From a bacterium (lineage in GTDB: Bacteria; Acidobacteriota; Aminicenantia; Aminicenantales; Aminicenantaceae), in contig JAGXKI010000006.1 of assembly GCA_018335295.1 (NCBI GenBank), positions 4,443-68,442 on the forward strand: a stretch of 64,000 bases of DNA. The letters run 5' to 3'. Shown one piece after another: positions 51,051-59,936 of the stretch (position 1 is the first letter of the stretch; each line of letters opens with the position of its first letter). The notes under the pieces are model-generated. The model did not search any database. It was not told the DNA's origin and saw only the letters and a list, made by a program, of their open reading frames with translations. The position numbers and the translations under genes were made by a program.

Positions 51051-51929
51051 ATGAGTACAAAATCAAATCTCACCGAAATTCATACAGCGGTTCTGTTATT
51101 CGGATTTGCAGGGCTTTTTGGTAAATGGCTCATGTTATCCCCCTTTATCATTGTCCTCGGCCGAGTCCTTTTTGCCAGTTTGGCTCTGTGGATTTTTATC
51201 CAGTTTTCTTCTTGGAACCTCAAAGTCACACCCCCTAAAAATTACTTATATTTTTTACTCCTGGGGCTAATCCTTTCGGTTCATTGGGCCTCCTTCTTTC
51301 ACTCCATTCAAATTTCCACAGTGGCGGTAGGGCTTCTCTCTTATTCCAGTTTTCCCTTGTTCACCACTTTTCTCGAACCAGTACTGCTTAAAGAAAATTT
51401 AGAACTCCCCCGCATTTTTTATGCTCTTTTGTGTATATTTGGAGTTTTTTTGATCATCCCCCGTTTTGAACTGAGCAGTGCCACTTACAGAGGGGTGCTT
51501 TGGGGACTCTTCTCCGGGCTTTCTTTCTCTCTACTCACCATACTGAATCGTAAGCTGACCCAAAAATTTTCTTATTTATTGATTGCTTTTTACCAAGACC
51601 TTTTTGCTGTATTTTTTCTCCTCCCCTTTTTGTTTCTCCTCAAGCCTTCTTTTCAGCTTCAAGAGATCTTACTTTTGGTTGTACTGGGGGTGATCTGCAC
51701 AGCAGGTTCTCATACTTTATTCATCAAAGGAATAAAGGGAGTGCCCGCTCAAACGGCGGCCATCATCAGCTCTCTTGAGCCTGTTTATGGAATCATACTT
51801 GCTTATCTTTTTCTGCATGAAATTCCAGCCCTCCGAACCATAGGGGGAGGTCTTATCATTTTGGGAGCTGTCTTCCTGATCAGTCTCCAAGAGAGTCGAT
51901 CAACTCCCCACCTTCCCCCGGCTCAATAA
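51051..51929 (+). CDS. EamA/DMT family transporter
   Basis: Ten-TM pattern with two EamA repeats; LEPVYG. Confidence 0.85.
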   Translation: MSTKSNLTEIHTAVLLFGFAGLFGKWLMLSPFIIVLGRVLFASLALWIFIQFSSWNLKVTPPKNYLYFLLLGLILSVHWASFFHSIQISTVAVGLLSYSSFPLFTTFLEPVLLKENLELPRIFYALLCIFGVFLIIPRFELSSATYRGVLWGLFSGLSFSLLTILNRKLTQKFSYLLIAFYQDLFAVFFLLPFLFLLKPSFQLQEILLLVVLGVICTAGSHTLFIKGIKGVPAQTAAIISSLEPVYGIILAYLFLHEIPALRTIGGGLIILGAVFLISLQESRSTPHLPPAQ

Positions 51930-51960
51930 TCCAGAGGCTGTTTAAAACTTTAGAAAAAAT

Positions 51961-53130
51961 TCAATCTTTCTTTTTTACCTTTTTCTTCTCCAATTTCTTC
52001 TCTTCCTTCTGGAGTCTCTCTTTCAGCTTTTCTTTTTCATTTTGATGGAGTTTTTTCAACTTTTCCAGTTCCTTCTTATATTTTTTCCCAATCTCCTTCT
52101 TTTCCTCCCCTTTCAACTCTTCCTTTTTCTCCTGCCACTCCTTTTTGAGGCGTTCCAGTTCCTTCTCTTGGCTCCTCTCCAGAAGTTTCATCTGGCGCTT
52201 ATGGATCTCTCCCAAGATCTTCTCTTCTTTTTCTGAAGGAGCTCTCTTCTCTAAGCGACCCACAGGACTTTGGGGAATTTCTTTCTCCACTTCTTTTTTT
52301 CTTATAACATTTTTGGGGGCAGCCGTTTCATTTTCTTTGACCTTGGGTTTAAATAGTTCCACTTTATCCACTTTAACCTTGGTCCCACCAGGATCGGAAG
52401 TTTTCTGGAGTTTATGTTTAGTGATCTTTCTCTGGGTAATCCTTTCCAGAACATTCACATCAATCCCTTTATTTATGACCCGGTTGCCCTGGCGGATGAT
52501 ATCTGTTTTTCTCACCGTGAATTTGACGAGGTTCTGATTTCGTTCAACGGGAAGAATATAGCGGTTTAAACGGGGCTCAAAGAAATAAGAGCCTTCCACA
52601 AATATCCAATAAGAATGATCCAGCGAGTATGGTAAAGACTGAATTCTGACACTCCATCCCCGGACCGCTCCAGGAGGAATCGGGGCCCACCCCACATAAA
52701 GATTGCTTTTTCTCCAGGTCACCCAAGCAGGTCCCCACCGGTTCTCCGGAACCCAGAACCAACCGAGACTTTGAGTCCATCCCCAACGGCCATAATGAAA
52801 AGGAGCCCAACCCCATTCAAAATGAGAGGCCCAGGTCCATCCATAATCCGTCCACGTCCATCGGCCGTATGTATAAGGGCGCCATTTGTACAGATGAACT
52901 CGAGGTGTCCACACATACCCATAAGAAGGATGAGAAAACCATCTCCCATGGGAAGATAGGTATTCATAAAAAAAGGAGGTGTCATACCGGGAGATGGGTT
53001 CGGGCGGGGGTTCTTTATAGGTTTCTTCCTGGGAAGGAGGTGGTTCCTCGACAGGATAAGGGACATAAATCACACAGCTGGCCGCAAACAATAGAAAAAA
53101 AAACAAAGGGATCATACTTTTTTCTTTCAT
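51961..53130 (-). CDS. DUF6600-like Trp/Gly-rich lipoprotein with highly charged C-terminal coiled coil
   Basis: Likely start 53130 (MKEKSMIPLFFFLLFAASC lipobox); FYEYLSSHGRW...YGYVW.P...W.PY.YGRW.W...GW.W...WGWAPFHYGRWG...WGPAWV.W; Lys/Glu-rich tail. Confidence 0.7.
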   Translation of the reverse strand: MKEKSMIPLFFFLLFAASCVIYVPYPVEEPPPSQEETYKEPPPEPISRYDTSFFYEYLSSHGRWFSHPSYGYVWTPRVHLYKWRPYTYGRWTWTDYGWTWASHFEWGWAPFHYGRWGWTQSLGWFWVPENRWGPAWVTWRKSNLYVGWAPIPPGAVRGWSVRIQSLPYSLDHSYWIFVEGSYFFEPRLNRYILPVERNQNLVKFTVRKTDIIRQGNRVINKGIDVNVLERITQRKITKHKLQKTSDPGGTKVKVDKVELFKPKVKENETAAPKNVIRKKEVEKEIPQSPVGRLEKRAPSEKEEKILGEIHKRQMKLLERSQEKELERLKKEWQEKKEELKGEEKKEIGKKYKKELEKLKKLHQNEKEKLKERLQKEEKKLEKKKVKKKD

Positions 53131-53312
53131 TCTCTTAACCCCTTTTATCCGATTCTTTGATTTCACACAATCCTCAAAGAAAAGTCAATCCCTTTTTGGG
53201 TTTATTTTCCCATCGGAAAAGAGGTTCGGAAATAAATATGCGTCTCAAACTCCTGGTCCTCTTCTTCCACAAACGATATGAAGTTATACGGGGCTCCTCA
53301 CAAAGAGCTTTC

Positions 53313-54518
53313 TCACTCAAACTTCTTGAATACTTTTCTAATTTTTTTCAAAGCCCAACTGAGGTCTTTCTGTTTCACCACTAAGGGAGGGGCAAACCGA
53401 ATGACATTTTCATGAGTCTCTTTACACAGGAGTCCTTCCTCTTTCAGGGCTTCACAAAAGGGTCGGGCTCCTCCTGCTTCTGGCTTCAACTCTATTCCAA
53501 TGAGCAAACCTTTTCCCCGGGTTTCTTTAATGTGTCGACTTTGAATTTTTTTGAGCTCATGGAGGAAATACTCTCCTTGTTCCGCGCAATTATCCACTAA
53601 ATTTTCTTCCTGGATCACCCGAATGGATTCCCGGGCCACCGCACAGGCTAAGGGGTTTCCTCCGAAAGTGGAACCATGACTTCCAGGGGTAAACAGTCCC
53701 AGGACTTCTCTCATCGAAAGGACCGCCGAAACCGGATAGCATCCTCCCCCTAGAGACTTACCCAGTATCTGAACATCGGGTTTGACATTTTCATAATCAC
53801 AGGCCATCAGTTTTCCGGTTCTTCCCAGGCCTGTCTGAATCTCATCAGCCATGAAGAGGATGTTCTTTTTTTCACATATCTCTTTGGCTCTCTTCAAATA
53901 ACCCTCCGGAGGCACAATGATACCTGCTTCAGCCTGGATTGGTTCAAAAAGAAAAGCGGCGGTATTCGGGTTGATGGCATTTTCCAAAGCCCCTAGATCC
54001 CCGTACGGAATCACTGTAAACCCAGGTGTATGAGGTCCAAAATCTTTTTTATAGGAGGGGTCCGTGGAAAAACTGATAATGGTGACGGTTCGTCCATGAA
54101 AATTATTCGAACACACAATAATTTCAGCCTTATCCAAGGGGATTTCCTTTTTTTTATATCCCCACATCCGGGCGGCTTTCAACGCGGTTTCCACGGCTTC
54201 AGCCCCCGAATTCATGGGAAGGACCATCTCATATCCGGTCAAATCACACAGTTCTTTAGCCAGCCGCGGCCATTGATCGTTTCGGAATGCTCGAGAGGTC
54301 AGTGTCAATTGTTTCGCCTGACTGATTATAGTTTTCACAATGCGGGGATGGGAATGGCCTTGATTCACAGCGGAATAAGAACTTAAAAAATCAAGGTATT
54401 TATTTCCTTCCACATCCCAAACCCAAATTCCCTTTCCTTTGGTGAGAACCACATCTAAAGGATGATAATTCCGAGCTCCGTATAAGTCTTCTAGGTCCAC
54501 AAAAAATTTTGTATCCAT
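53313..54518 (-). CDS. rocD: Ornithine--oxo-acid aminotransferase
   Basis: True start ATG 54518 (SD AAGGAG): YGARNYHPL, SSYSAVNQGH, PMNSGAEAVETA, FHGRT, EPIQAEAG, DEIQTGLGRTG, LGKSLGGG, HGSTFGGNP. Confidence 0.93.
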   Translation of the reverse strand: MDTKFFVDLEDLYGARNYHPLDVVLTKGKGIWVWDVEGNKYLDFLSSYSAVNQGHSHPRIVKTIISQAKQLTLTSRAFRNDQWPRLAKELCDLTGYEMVLPMNSGAEAVETALKAARMWGYKKKEIPLDKAEIIVCSNNFHGRTVTIISFSTDPSYKKDFGPHTPGFTVIPYGDLGALENAINPNTAAFLFEPIQAEAGIIVPPEGYLKRAKEICEKKNILFMADEIQTGLGRTGKLMACDYENVKPDVQILGKSLGGGCYPVSAVLSMREVLGLFTPGSHGSTFGGNPLACAVARESIRVIQEENLVDNCAEQGEYFLHELKKIQSRHIKETRGKGLLIGIELKPEAGGARPFCEALKEEGLLCKETHENVIRFAPPLVVKQKDLSWALKKIRKVFKKFE

Positions 54519-54545
54519 ATTTATCTCCTTTTTCTGACTTTCTGA

Positions 54546-54638
54546 TGGCGGAGAGGGAGGGATTTGAACCCTCGGTGCAGCATCTAGCTGCACACACGCT
54601 TTCCAAGCGTGCTCCTTAATCCACTCGGACACCTCTCC
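54546..54638 (-). tRNA. tRNA-Ser (GGA), long variable arm
   Basis: Reverse complement GGAGAGGTGTCCGAGTGGATTAAGGAGCACGCTTGGAAAGCGTGTGTGCAGCTAGATGCTGCACCGAGGGTTCAAATCCCTCCCTCTCCGCCA. Confidence 0.96.
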
Positions 54639-54668
54639 GTTTAATCTCTCACAAATGAAGGAAAATTT

Positions 54669-54697
54669 AATTTAACAGAAATTTCTGGGAAGGTCAA
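54669..54697 (-). promoter_or_regulatory. Candidate sigma-70 promoter for tRNA-Ser (and rocD)
   Basis: TTGACC-N17-TAAATT. Confidence 0.6.
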
Positions 54698-54736
54698 TCT
54701 GAGAATCATCGATTCAAATGATGGATTATCAACAAG

Positions 54737-55660
54737 TTAATCAGTTTTGGAAAAGAGTTGATCTAAGAAATCTTTCAGATCGGAAGGAATCGGAGAAACA
54801 AAGGTCATTTTTTCATTCGTGGCCGGATGTCTGATAGTCAATTCTTGAGCATGGAGGAATAATCGGGGCGGTTTGATCTTTGTTTTTTTGGGTCCGTAAC
54901 GCTTATCTCCAACCACAGGATGCCCTGAAACAGAAAGGTGAACTCGAATCTGATGGGTTCGGCCTGTCAGAGGTTTTACCTTCACCAGGGTGAACCCGCT
55001 GAATTCCTCCAACACAGAATAAAATGTGATGGCCACTCGAGGCTTTTTGGTCTGTACAGACATACGCTTCCTATCTTTCACATGACGTCCGATGGGGTGA
55101 CTGATCTCTCCTTCCTTCTGGGGCATCCTTCCCCAAACCAGAGTAATGTAGGTTTTGGTGACTTCTCTGGACTTGAACTGTCCCTTGAGATCGGTGTAAG
55201 AGTACAAATTTTTGGCCACCACCAGGACTCCCGATGTTTCTTTATCCAAGCGGTGGACAATTCCAGGTCTTTTTTCGCTTCCGATTCCTTTGATTTGAGG
55301 GAACCGGAAAAGAAGAGCGTTTACGAGAGTGTTTTTCTTATTTCCTGCCCCGGGATGAACAATGATTCCCGAAGGTTTATCCACCACAGCCAGATACTCA
55401 TCATCATAGAGCAAATGAAGCGGTAAATCCTGAGGAATTAATTTTTGAGGTTGAGGGATTGCATACTGAACCCAAATCTTATCCCCCTTTTTAAGCTTCC
55501 AACTGGACTTTTTGACCTCTCCGTTTACGGCCACCTGGCCCCTGTCGATCAGACTCTGTATCTGGGCCCGGCTCAAACTTTGGATCCGCCGCGCCAGATA
55601 AACATCCAGCCTTAAAGATGATTTGGGTAGAGATGTCACCCGGAATTCTTTTTCAGGCAC
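54737..55660 (-). CDS. rluD: RluA/RluD family 23S rRNA pseudouridine synthase with S4 domain
   Basis: RLDVYL, VDKPSG, HRLDKETSG (catalytic Asp), TGRTHQIRVH, LHA. Confidence 0.92.
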   Translation of the reverse strand: MPEKEFRVTSLPKSSLRLDVYLARRIQSLSRAQIQSLIDRGQVAVNGEVKKSSWKLKKGDKIWVQYAIPQPQKLIPQDLPLHLLYDDEYLAVVDKPSGIIVHPGAGNKKNTLVNALLFRFPQIKGIGSEKRPGIVHRLDKETSGVLVVAKNLYSYTDLKGQFKSREVTKTYITLVWGRMPQKEGEISHPIGRHVKDRKRMSVQTKKPRVAITFYSVLEEFSGFTLVKVKPLTGRTHQIRVHLSVSGHPVVGDKRYGPKKTKIKPPRLFLHAQELTIRHPATNEKMTFVSPIPSDLKDFLDQLFSKTD

Positions 55661-56450
55661 TTTTTTTTCTCTTTAAAAAGAAAAATAAAAGCACTCCAAA
55701 AATCAACCCGATTATGCAAAATAGTTGAGGCATGGAAAGACTGAGATAAGGAGAGGGATTGGAAATCACATAGCTTTTCTCGGGATGATCTCCTCTGTAG
55801 AATTCCACAAAATAACGAATAAGGGAATAATTGATGATGTAAAAAGATAAAACCTGACCATCAAATTTTTTTTTCTTCAAAAGGATAAAAAGCACTGAAA
55901 AATTCAAAAAGTTTAAGATGGATTCATAGAGCTGGGTGGGATGGATAGGAGTGTTCAAGGGGATCCCGGTTAGGTTATGAGCGTATTCATTCCCAAAAAC
56001 CACCCCCCAAGGGACAGAACATACTCTTCCGTAACAACACCCCGCACTGAAACAGCCAATCCGCCCCACTCCATGTCCCAGAGCAATAGCAGGAGCAAAT
56101 ATATCCGCGGTTTTCCAAGTAGGAATCTTGTGTTTGTGTAAATACCAAAGAGCAAAAACCAACCCGAAAAAAAGACCTCCCTGAAAAACACCTCCGGAAC
56201 GGGCTAAACTAAAAAATTCGGAAGGATTTTCAAAATAATAGGAGAGATTTCCCCCCAACAGGATCAATTTGGCCCCCAACAGAGATATGATGATGGTGTA
56301 GAAAGCCATATCCAATATTTTTCCTGGATTCAATCCTCCTTTCTTGGCCTGAACATAAACAAACCACAATCCCAAGGCAATCCCCAAAGCCATCAGAAAC
56401 CCATAGGTATGAACAGTGAGGGGACCAATCTTTATGAGGATAGGATGCAT
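55653..56450 (-). CDS. lgt: Prolipoprotein diacylglyceryl transferase
   Basis: MHPIL, GGVFQGG, GRIGCF..GCCYG, HPTQLYE, RYFVEF.RGD. Confidence 0.93.
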   Translation of the reverse strand: MHPILIKIGPLTVHTYGFLMALGIALGLWFVYVQAKKGGLNPGKILDMAFYTIIISLLGAKLILLGGNLSYYFENPSEFFSLARSGGVFQGGLFFGLVFALWYLHKHKIPTWKTADIFAPAIALGHGVGRIGCFSAGCCYGRVCSVPWGVVFGNEYAHNLTGIPLNTPIHPTQLYESILNFLNFSVLFILLKKKKFDGQVLSFYIINYSLIRYFVEFYRGDHPEKSYVISNPSPYLSLSMPQLFCIIGLIFGVLLFFFLKRKKSA

Positions 56451-56926
56451 TTTTCCTCTCTCCTAAAAAAGACTAAATAAACCATCAACACAGCTCCAAC
56501 CGTGACACAGGAATCGGCCACGTTGAAAGAAGGCCAGTGCCATCTTCCCACATAAAAATCCAGGAAATCAATCACATAACCCCTGAATACTCGGTCAAAA
56601 AAATTCCCTAACGCACCAGCCATAATCAGGGACAAAGAAATCTTAAAGAATTTTAGGGACGGAGGAACTTTGATAAAATAATAAACTACCAAAATCAATG
56701 CTCCCAAGGAAGCCAGTGTGAGGAGTCCTCTTAGCCACAGACTGGGAGATTGGGAAAAAATTCCAAAAATAGCGCCCTTATTCTGAATATGAGTCAGGTT
56801 GAAGAAACCCGGAATAAGAGGGATGGTTGTGGAACGAATGATTTGATGGGCCACAATCATTTTGGTGATCTGGTCCAAGAGAAAGAGAAACCCAATAAGT
56901 ATCAAATAAGAGGCATCTCGTTTCAT
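56432..56926 (-). CDS. lspA: Lipoprotein signal peptidase II
   Basis: DQITK, NKGAIFG, GALGNFFDR, VIDFL, FNVAD. Confidence 0.95.
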   Translation of the reverse strand: MKRDASYLILIGFLFLLDQITKMIVAHQIIRSTTIPLIPGFFNLTHIQNKGAIFGIFSQSPSLWLRGLLTLASLGALILVVYYFIKVPPSLKFFKISLSLIMAGALGNFFDRVFRGYVIDFLDFYVGRWHWPSFNVADSCVTVGAVLMVYLVFFRREEKCILSS

Positions 56927-59703
56927 AAACCTTCACTCCGAACCACTTCTTCACACCGCCTGCAGAAATGCGGGTATTCAGAACTTTTACCCACATAAGA
57001 AGAGAAATTCCAGCATCTCTGACATTTTTCTCCGGGGGCTCTCTCAATCTTTACTTCCAGTTCTTGGCCGGAATGGGGTTGGAGGGTGACCTTGGAAACG
57101 ATGAATAAAGAAGGAAGTTTTTGCTGGTATTTTTCCAGCAATTTTTGCTGATGGGGAGGGACCGAGAGGACCACCTGAGCCTCCAACGAATTCCGGATGA
57201 GTTTATTCTCTCTGGCTTCTTCCAGCTTCTTCAACACTTTCTCCCTCACTCCTGCTAAATTCTCCCATTCCTGGTACAAAGATTCCTCCATCCAGGAGTG
57301 ATCATAAGAAGGAAATTTTTTTAAATGAACCGATTCTTCCTTTTCTTCAAACTGGGGGGCCGCTTCCCAAGCCTCTTCGGTGGTGAAAGGCAAAACAGGA
57401 GCCATAAGCCCCAGAGTTTCCTGGAGAATATGGAAAAGAGCTGTTTGAGCGGACCTCCGACTCCTCCAACCTCTTCCTGAACAGTAGAGCCGGTCTTTGA
57501 CCACGTCCAGGTAAAAGGAACTCAAATTCACAGTGAAAAAATTGTATATGGAATGAAAGACCCCATGGTATTCGAATTTCTGGTAGGCTTTTGTAACCTT
57601 TTTTCCCATGTGCATTTCTCTCTGGAGAATCCATTTATCAAAGGGCTCCATTTCTTCAGGGGAAAGGAGATGATCATCGGGAGAAAAATCATTCAGGTTT
57701 CCCAATATGAACCGCCAAGTGTTTCTTAATTTTCTGTATGCTTCAATCAACCGCTTCACAATTTCTTTCCCAAACCGGGCATCTTCCTTGAAATTGAGCA
57801 TGGACACCCACAATCTGAGGATTTCGGCTCCATTTTGGGAAATAATTTCTTGAGGATCCACAACATTTCCCAAAGATTTAGACATACCTCTTCCTTTTTC
57901 ATCCAGGACAAACCCATGAGTGATCACACTTTTATAAGGAGAAGCTTCTCGGGTGGCCACTCCGATAAAGAGAGAACTGTTGAACCAACCTCGATACTGG
58001 TCATGACCTTCGATGTAGATATCTGAAGGCCAGGGAAGATCTTTTCTCTTTCCCAATATGTTATGACTGGCTCCTGATTCAAACCAAACATCCAGAATGT
58101 TGTTTTCCTTTTGAAATTGAGTGGACCCGCATTGAGGGCATTGGGTCCCGGGAGGAAGAAGTTCCCAGGGTTCCTTCTCAAACCAGGCATTGGAGCCCTG
58201 TTGAGAGAAAATTTCAGCCACATTTAAAGTGATTTGTTCATCGGCAAGGACGTTCCCACACTGCTGACAATAAAAAGCGGGAATGGGAACACCCCAAGTC
58301 CGCTGTCTGGAAATGCACCAATCGGGACGGACTTTCATCATGTTAGTGATTCTTTCTTCTCCCCAACGGGGAATCCACTGCACTCTCTTTATCTCCTGGA
58401 GAGCTTTCTCCCTGAGATGGTTCTTATCCATGGAAATGAACCACTGGGCCGTAGCCCGGAATACCACTGGATTTTTGCACCTCCAACAATGAGGATAAGA
58501 ATGAACCATGTCTGTTTCTTTCAATAGGGTTCCTTCTGCGGCCATATCTCTCGTGATGGCCTTGTTGGCATCAAAAATATTTTTTCCTCCGTATTTTTCC
58601 ACATGAGACTTGAATTTCCCCTCATCATCCACCGGGTTGTAAATATCCAATCCATATTTCAATCCCGTGAGATAATCTTCGTAGCCGTGGCCGGGAGCGG
58701 TATGCACACAACCGGTTCCCTGGTCCAGTGTCACATAAGAACCCAATACCAAGAGGGATTCTCTATTTATAAACGGATGCCGGGCTCTGGTGCCCTCCAG
58801 ATCCTTTCCTAAGAAAGTGACCAAATTTTGGGTCTTTTCCAACCCCAATTCTTCGGCTATCACAGGAATCAGCCTTTTGGCAGTAATATAAACTTCTTCG
58901 TTTTGAGTTTGGAAAGCCGTGTATTCGGCATCTGGATGAACCGCTATGGCCAAGTTAGCCGGAAGAGTCCAGGGAGTGGTCGTCCAGATAAGAAAATAAA
59001 TATCCTTTCCTTCCAATTCAGGAAATTTAGAGGAAAGGTCTGAGGCCACCGGGAATCTGACGTAAATGGAAGGAGATTTTCGGTCTTTGTACTCAATCTC
59101 CGCTTCAGCCAAAGCGGTTCCACAATGGGGACACCAGTGCACTGGTTTTTTCCCCTTGTACACATTTCCTCCAGCAAAAAAGGCGGCCAAAGAGCGAAGC
59201 ACATCCCCTTCATACTGAGGATTCATGGTCAAATAGGGATTTTCCCATTCACCTAGGATCCCCAATCTTTTAAATTGGGCCTTCTGCACGTCGATGTACT
59301 TGAGAGCATATTTTTTGCACTCTTCTCGAACCTGGGTCACAGACATATCTTTTTTCTTTTCGCCTAGAATCCGATCCACATTGATTTCTATGGGAAGACC
59401 GTGACAATCCCACCCGGGAAGATAAGGAGCTTTGAATCCCTGCATGAGTTTGGTCCGGATTATGAAATCCTTGAGTATTTTATTCATGGCTGTGCCCAAA
59501 TGAATCCCCCCATTGGCATAAGGAGGGCCATCGTGGAGGACAAAAGAAGCCCCCTGTCTTTGTTCCTGAATTTTTTGATACAGATTCATCTCTTCCCATT
59601 TTTTTATATACTGAGGCTCCTTTTGGGCCAATTTTGCTTTCATGGAAAAAGAGGTCCGGGGTAAGTTTAAAGTTTCCTTTATGTTGTTTTTTCCTGCCAT
59701 CAT
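56923..59703 (-). CDS. ileS: Isoleucine--tRNA ligase (bacterial type 1)
   Basis: HDGPPYANG.IHLG, GWDCHGLP, WTTTPWT, DWCISRQR, EGHDQYRGWF, MSKS, C-terminal CQRC...CRRC. Confidence 0.97.
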   Translation of the reverse strand: MMAGKNNIKETLNLPRTSFSMKAKLAQKEPQYIKKWEEMNLYQKIQEQRQGASFVLHDGPPYANGGIHLGTAMNKILKDFIIRTKLMQGFKAPYLPGWDCHGLPIEINVDRILGEKKKDMSVTQVREECKKYALKYIDVQKAQFKRLGILGEWENPYLTMNPQYEGDVLRSLAAFFAGGNVYKGKKPVHWCPHCGTALAEAEIEYKDRKSPSIYVRFPVASDLSSKFPELEGKDIYFLIWTTTPWTLPANLAIAVHPDAEYTAFQTQNEEVYITAKRLIPVIAEELGLEKTQNLVTFLGKDLEGTRARHPFINRESLLVLGSYVTLDQGTGCVHTAPGHGYEDYLTGLKYGLDIYNPVDDEGKFKSHVEKYGGKNIFDANKAITRDMAAEGTLLKETDMVHSYPHCWRCKNPVVFRATAQWFISMDKNHLREKALQEIKRVQWIPRWGEERITNMMKVRPDWCISRQRTWGVPIPAFYCQQCGNVLADEQITLNVAEIFSQQGSNAWFEKEPWELLPPGTQCPQCGSTQFQKENNILDVWFESGASHNILGKRKDLPWPSDIYIEGHDQYRGWFNSSLFIGVATREASPYKSVITHGFVLDEKGRGMSKSLGNVVDPQEIISQNGAEILRLWVSMLNFKEDARFGKEIVKRLIEAYRKLRNTWRFILGNLNDFSPDDHLLSPEEMEPFDKWILQREMHMGKKVTKAYQKFEYHGVFHSIYNFFTVNLSSFYLDVVKDRLYCSGRGWRSRRSAQTALFHILQETLGLMAPVLPFTTEEAWEAAPQFEEKEESVHLKKFPSYDHSWMEESLYQEWENLAGVREKVLKKLEEARENKLIRNSLEAQVVLSVPPHQQKLLEKYQQKLPSLFIVSKVTLQPHSGQELEVKIERAPGEKCQRCWNFSSYVGKSSEYPHFCRRCEEVVRSEGL

Positions 59704-59791
59704 TTCTCTCCAGCTTCCTTGAATTCTTAATGTTCCATTATAAAATAAGTTGTTTTAATCCTGAAGGGGAAAAAGTCAATCCTCACCTACT

Positions 59792-59863
59792 CTCGGCTTT
59801 CTCGTCTATTCCGTTTATCTGGTTTTTCTAGTTTCTCTCGTCTTTTTCGTTGGTCTGGTTTAT
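59792..59863. repeat. Degenerate 9-bp tandem array (8 units), non-coding
   Basis: Plus-strand units: ctcggcttt, ctcgtctat, tccgtttat, ctggttttt, ctagtttct, ctcgtcttt, ttcgttggt, ctggtttat. Confidence 0.7.
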
Positions 59864-59936
59864 CTCAATAATTCTGCTTATCTTTTTATAAATGATATCA
59901 GAATATCTTCTCTTCATCCTTAATCTTAACAATTTT

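Noticed and set aside
30108-51335. GGCGGTAG ops-like octamers (~30113 minus strand, ~51324 plus strand)
   Set aside because: Both lie inside unrelated CDSs, lack the downstream TG and are far from the NusG paralog.
54519-54632. 38-aa N-terminal extension of rocD in the ORF track
   Set aside because: It is a translation of tRNA-Ser; the SD-led ATG at 54518 gives a normal OAT start.
59704-59936. T-box riboswitch upstream of ileS
   Set aside because: No T-box consensus (TGGNACC), specifier stem or terminator/antiterminator pair.
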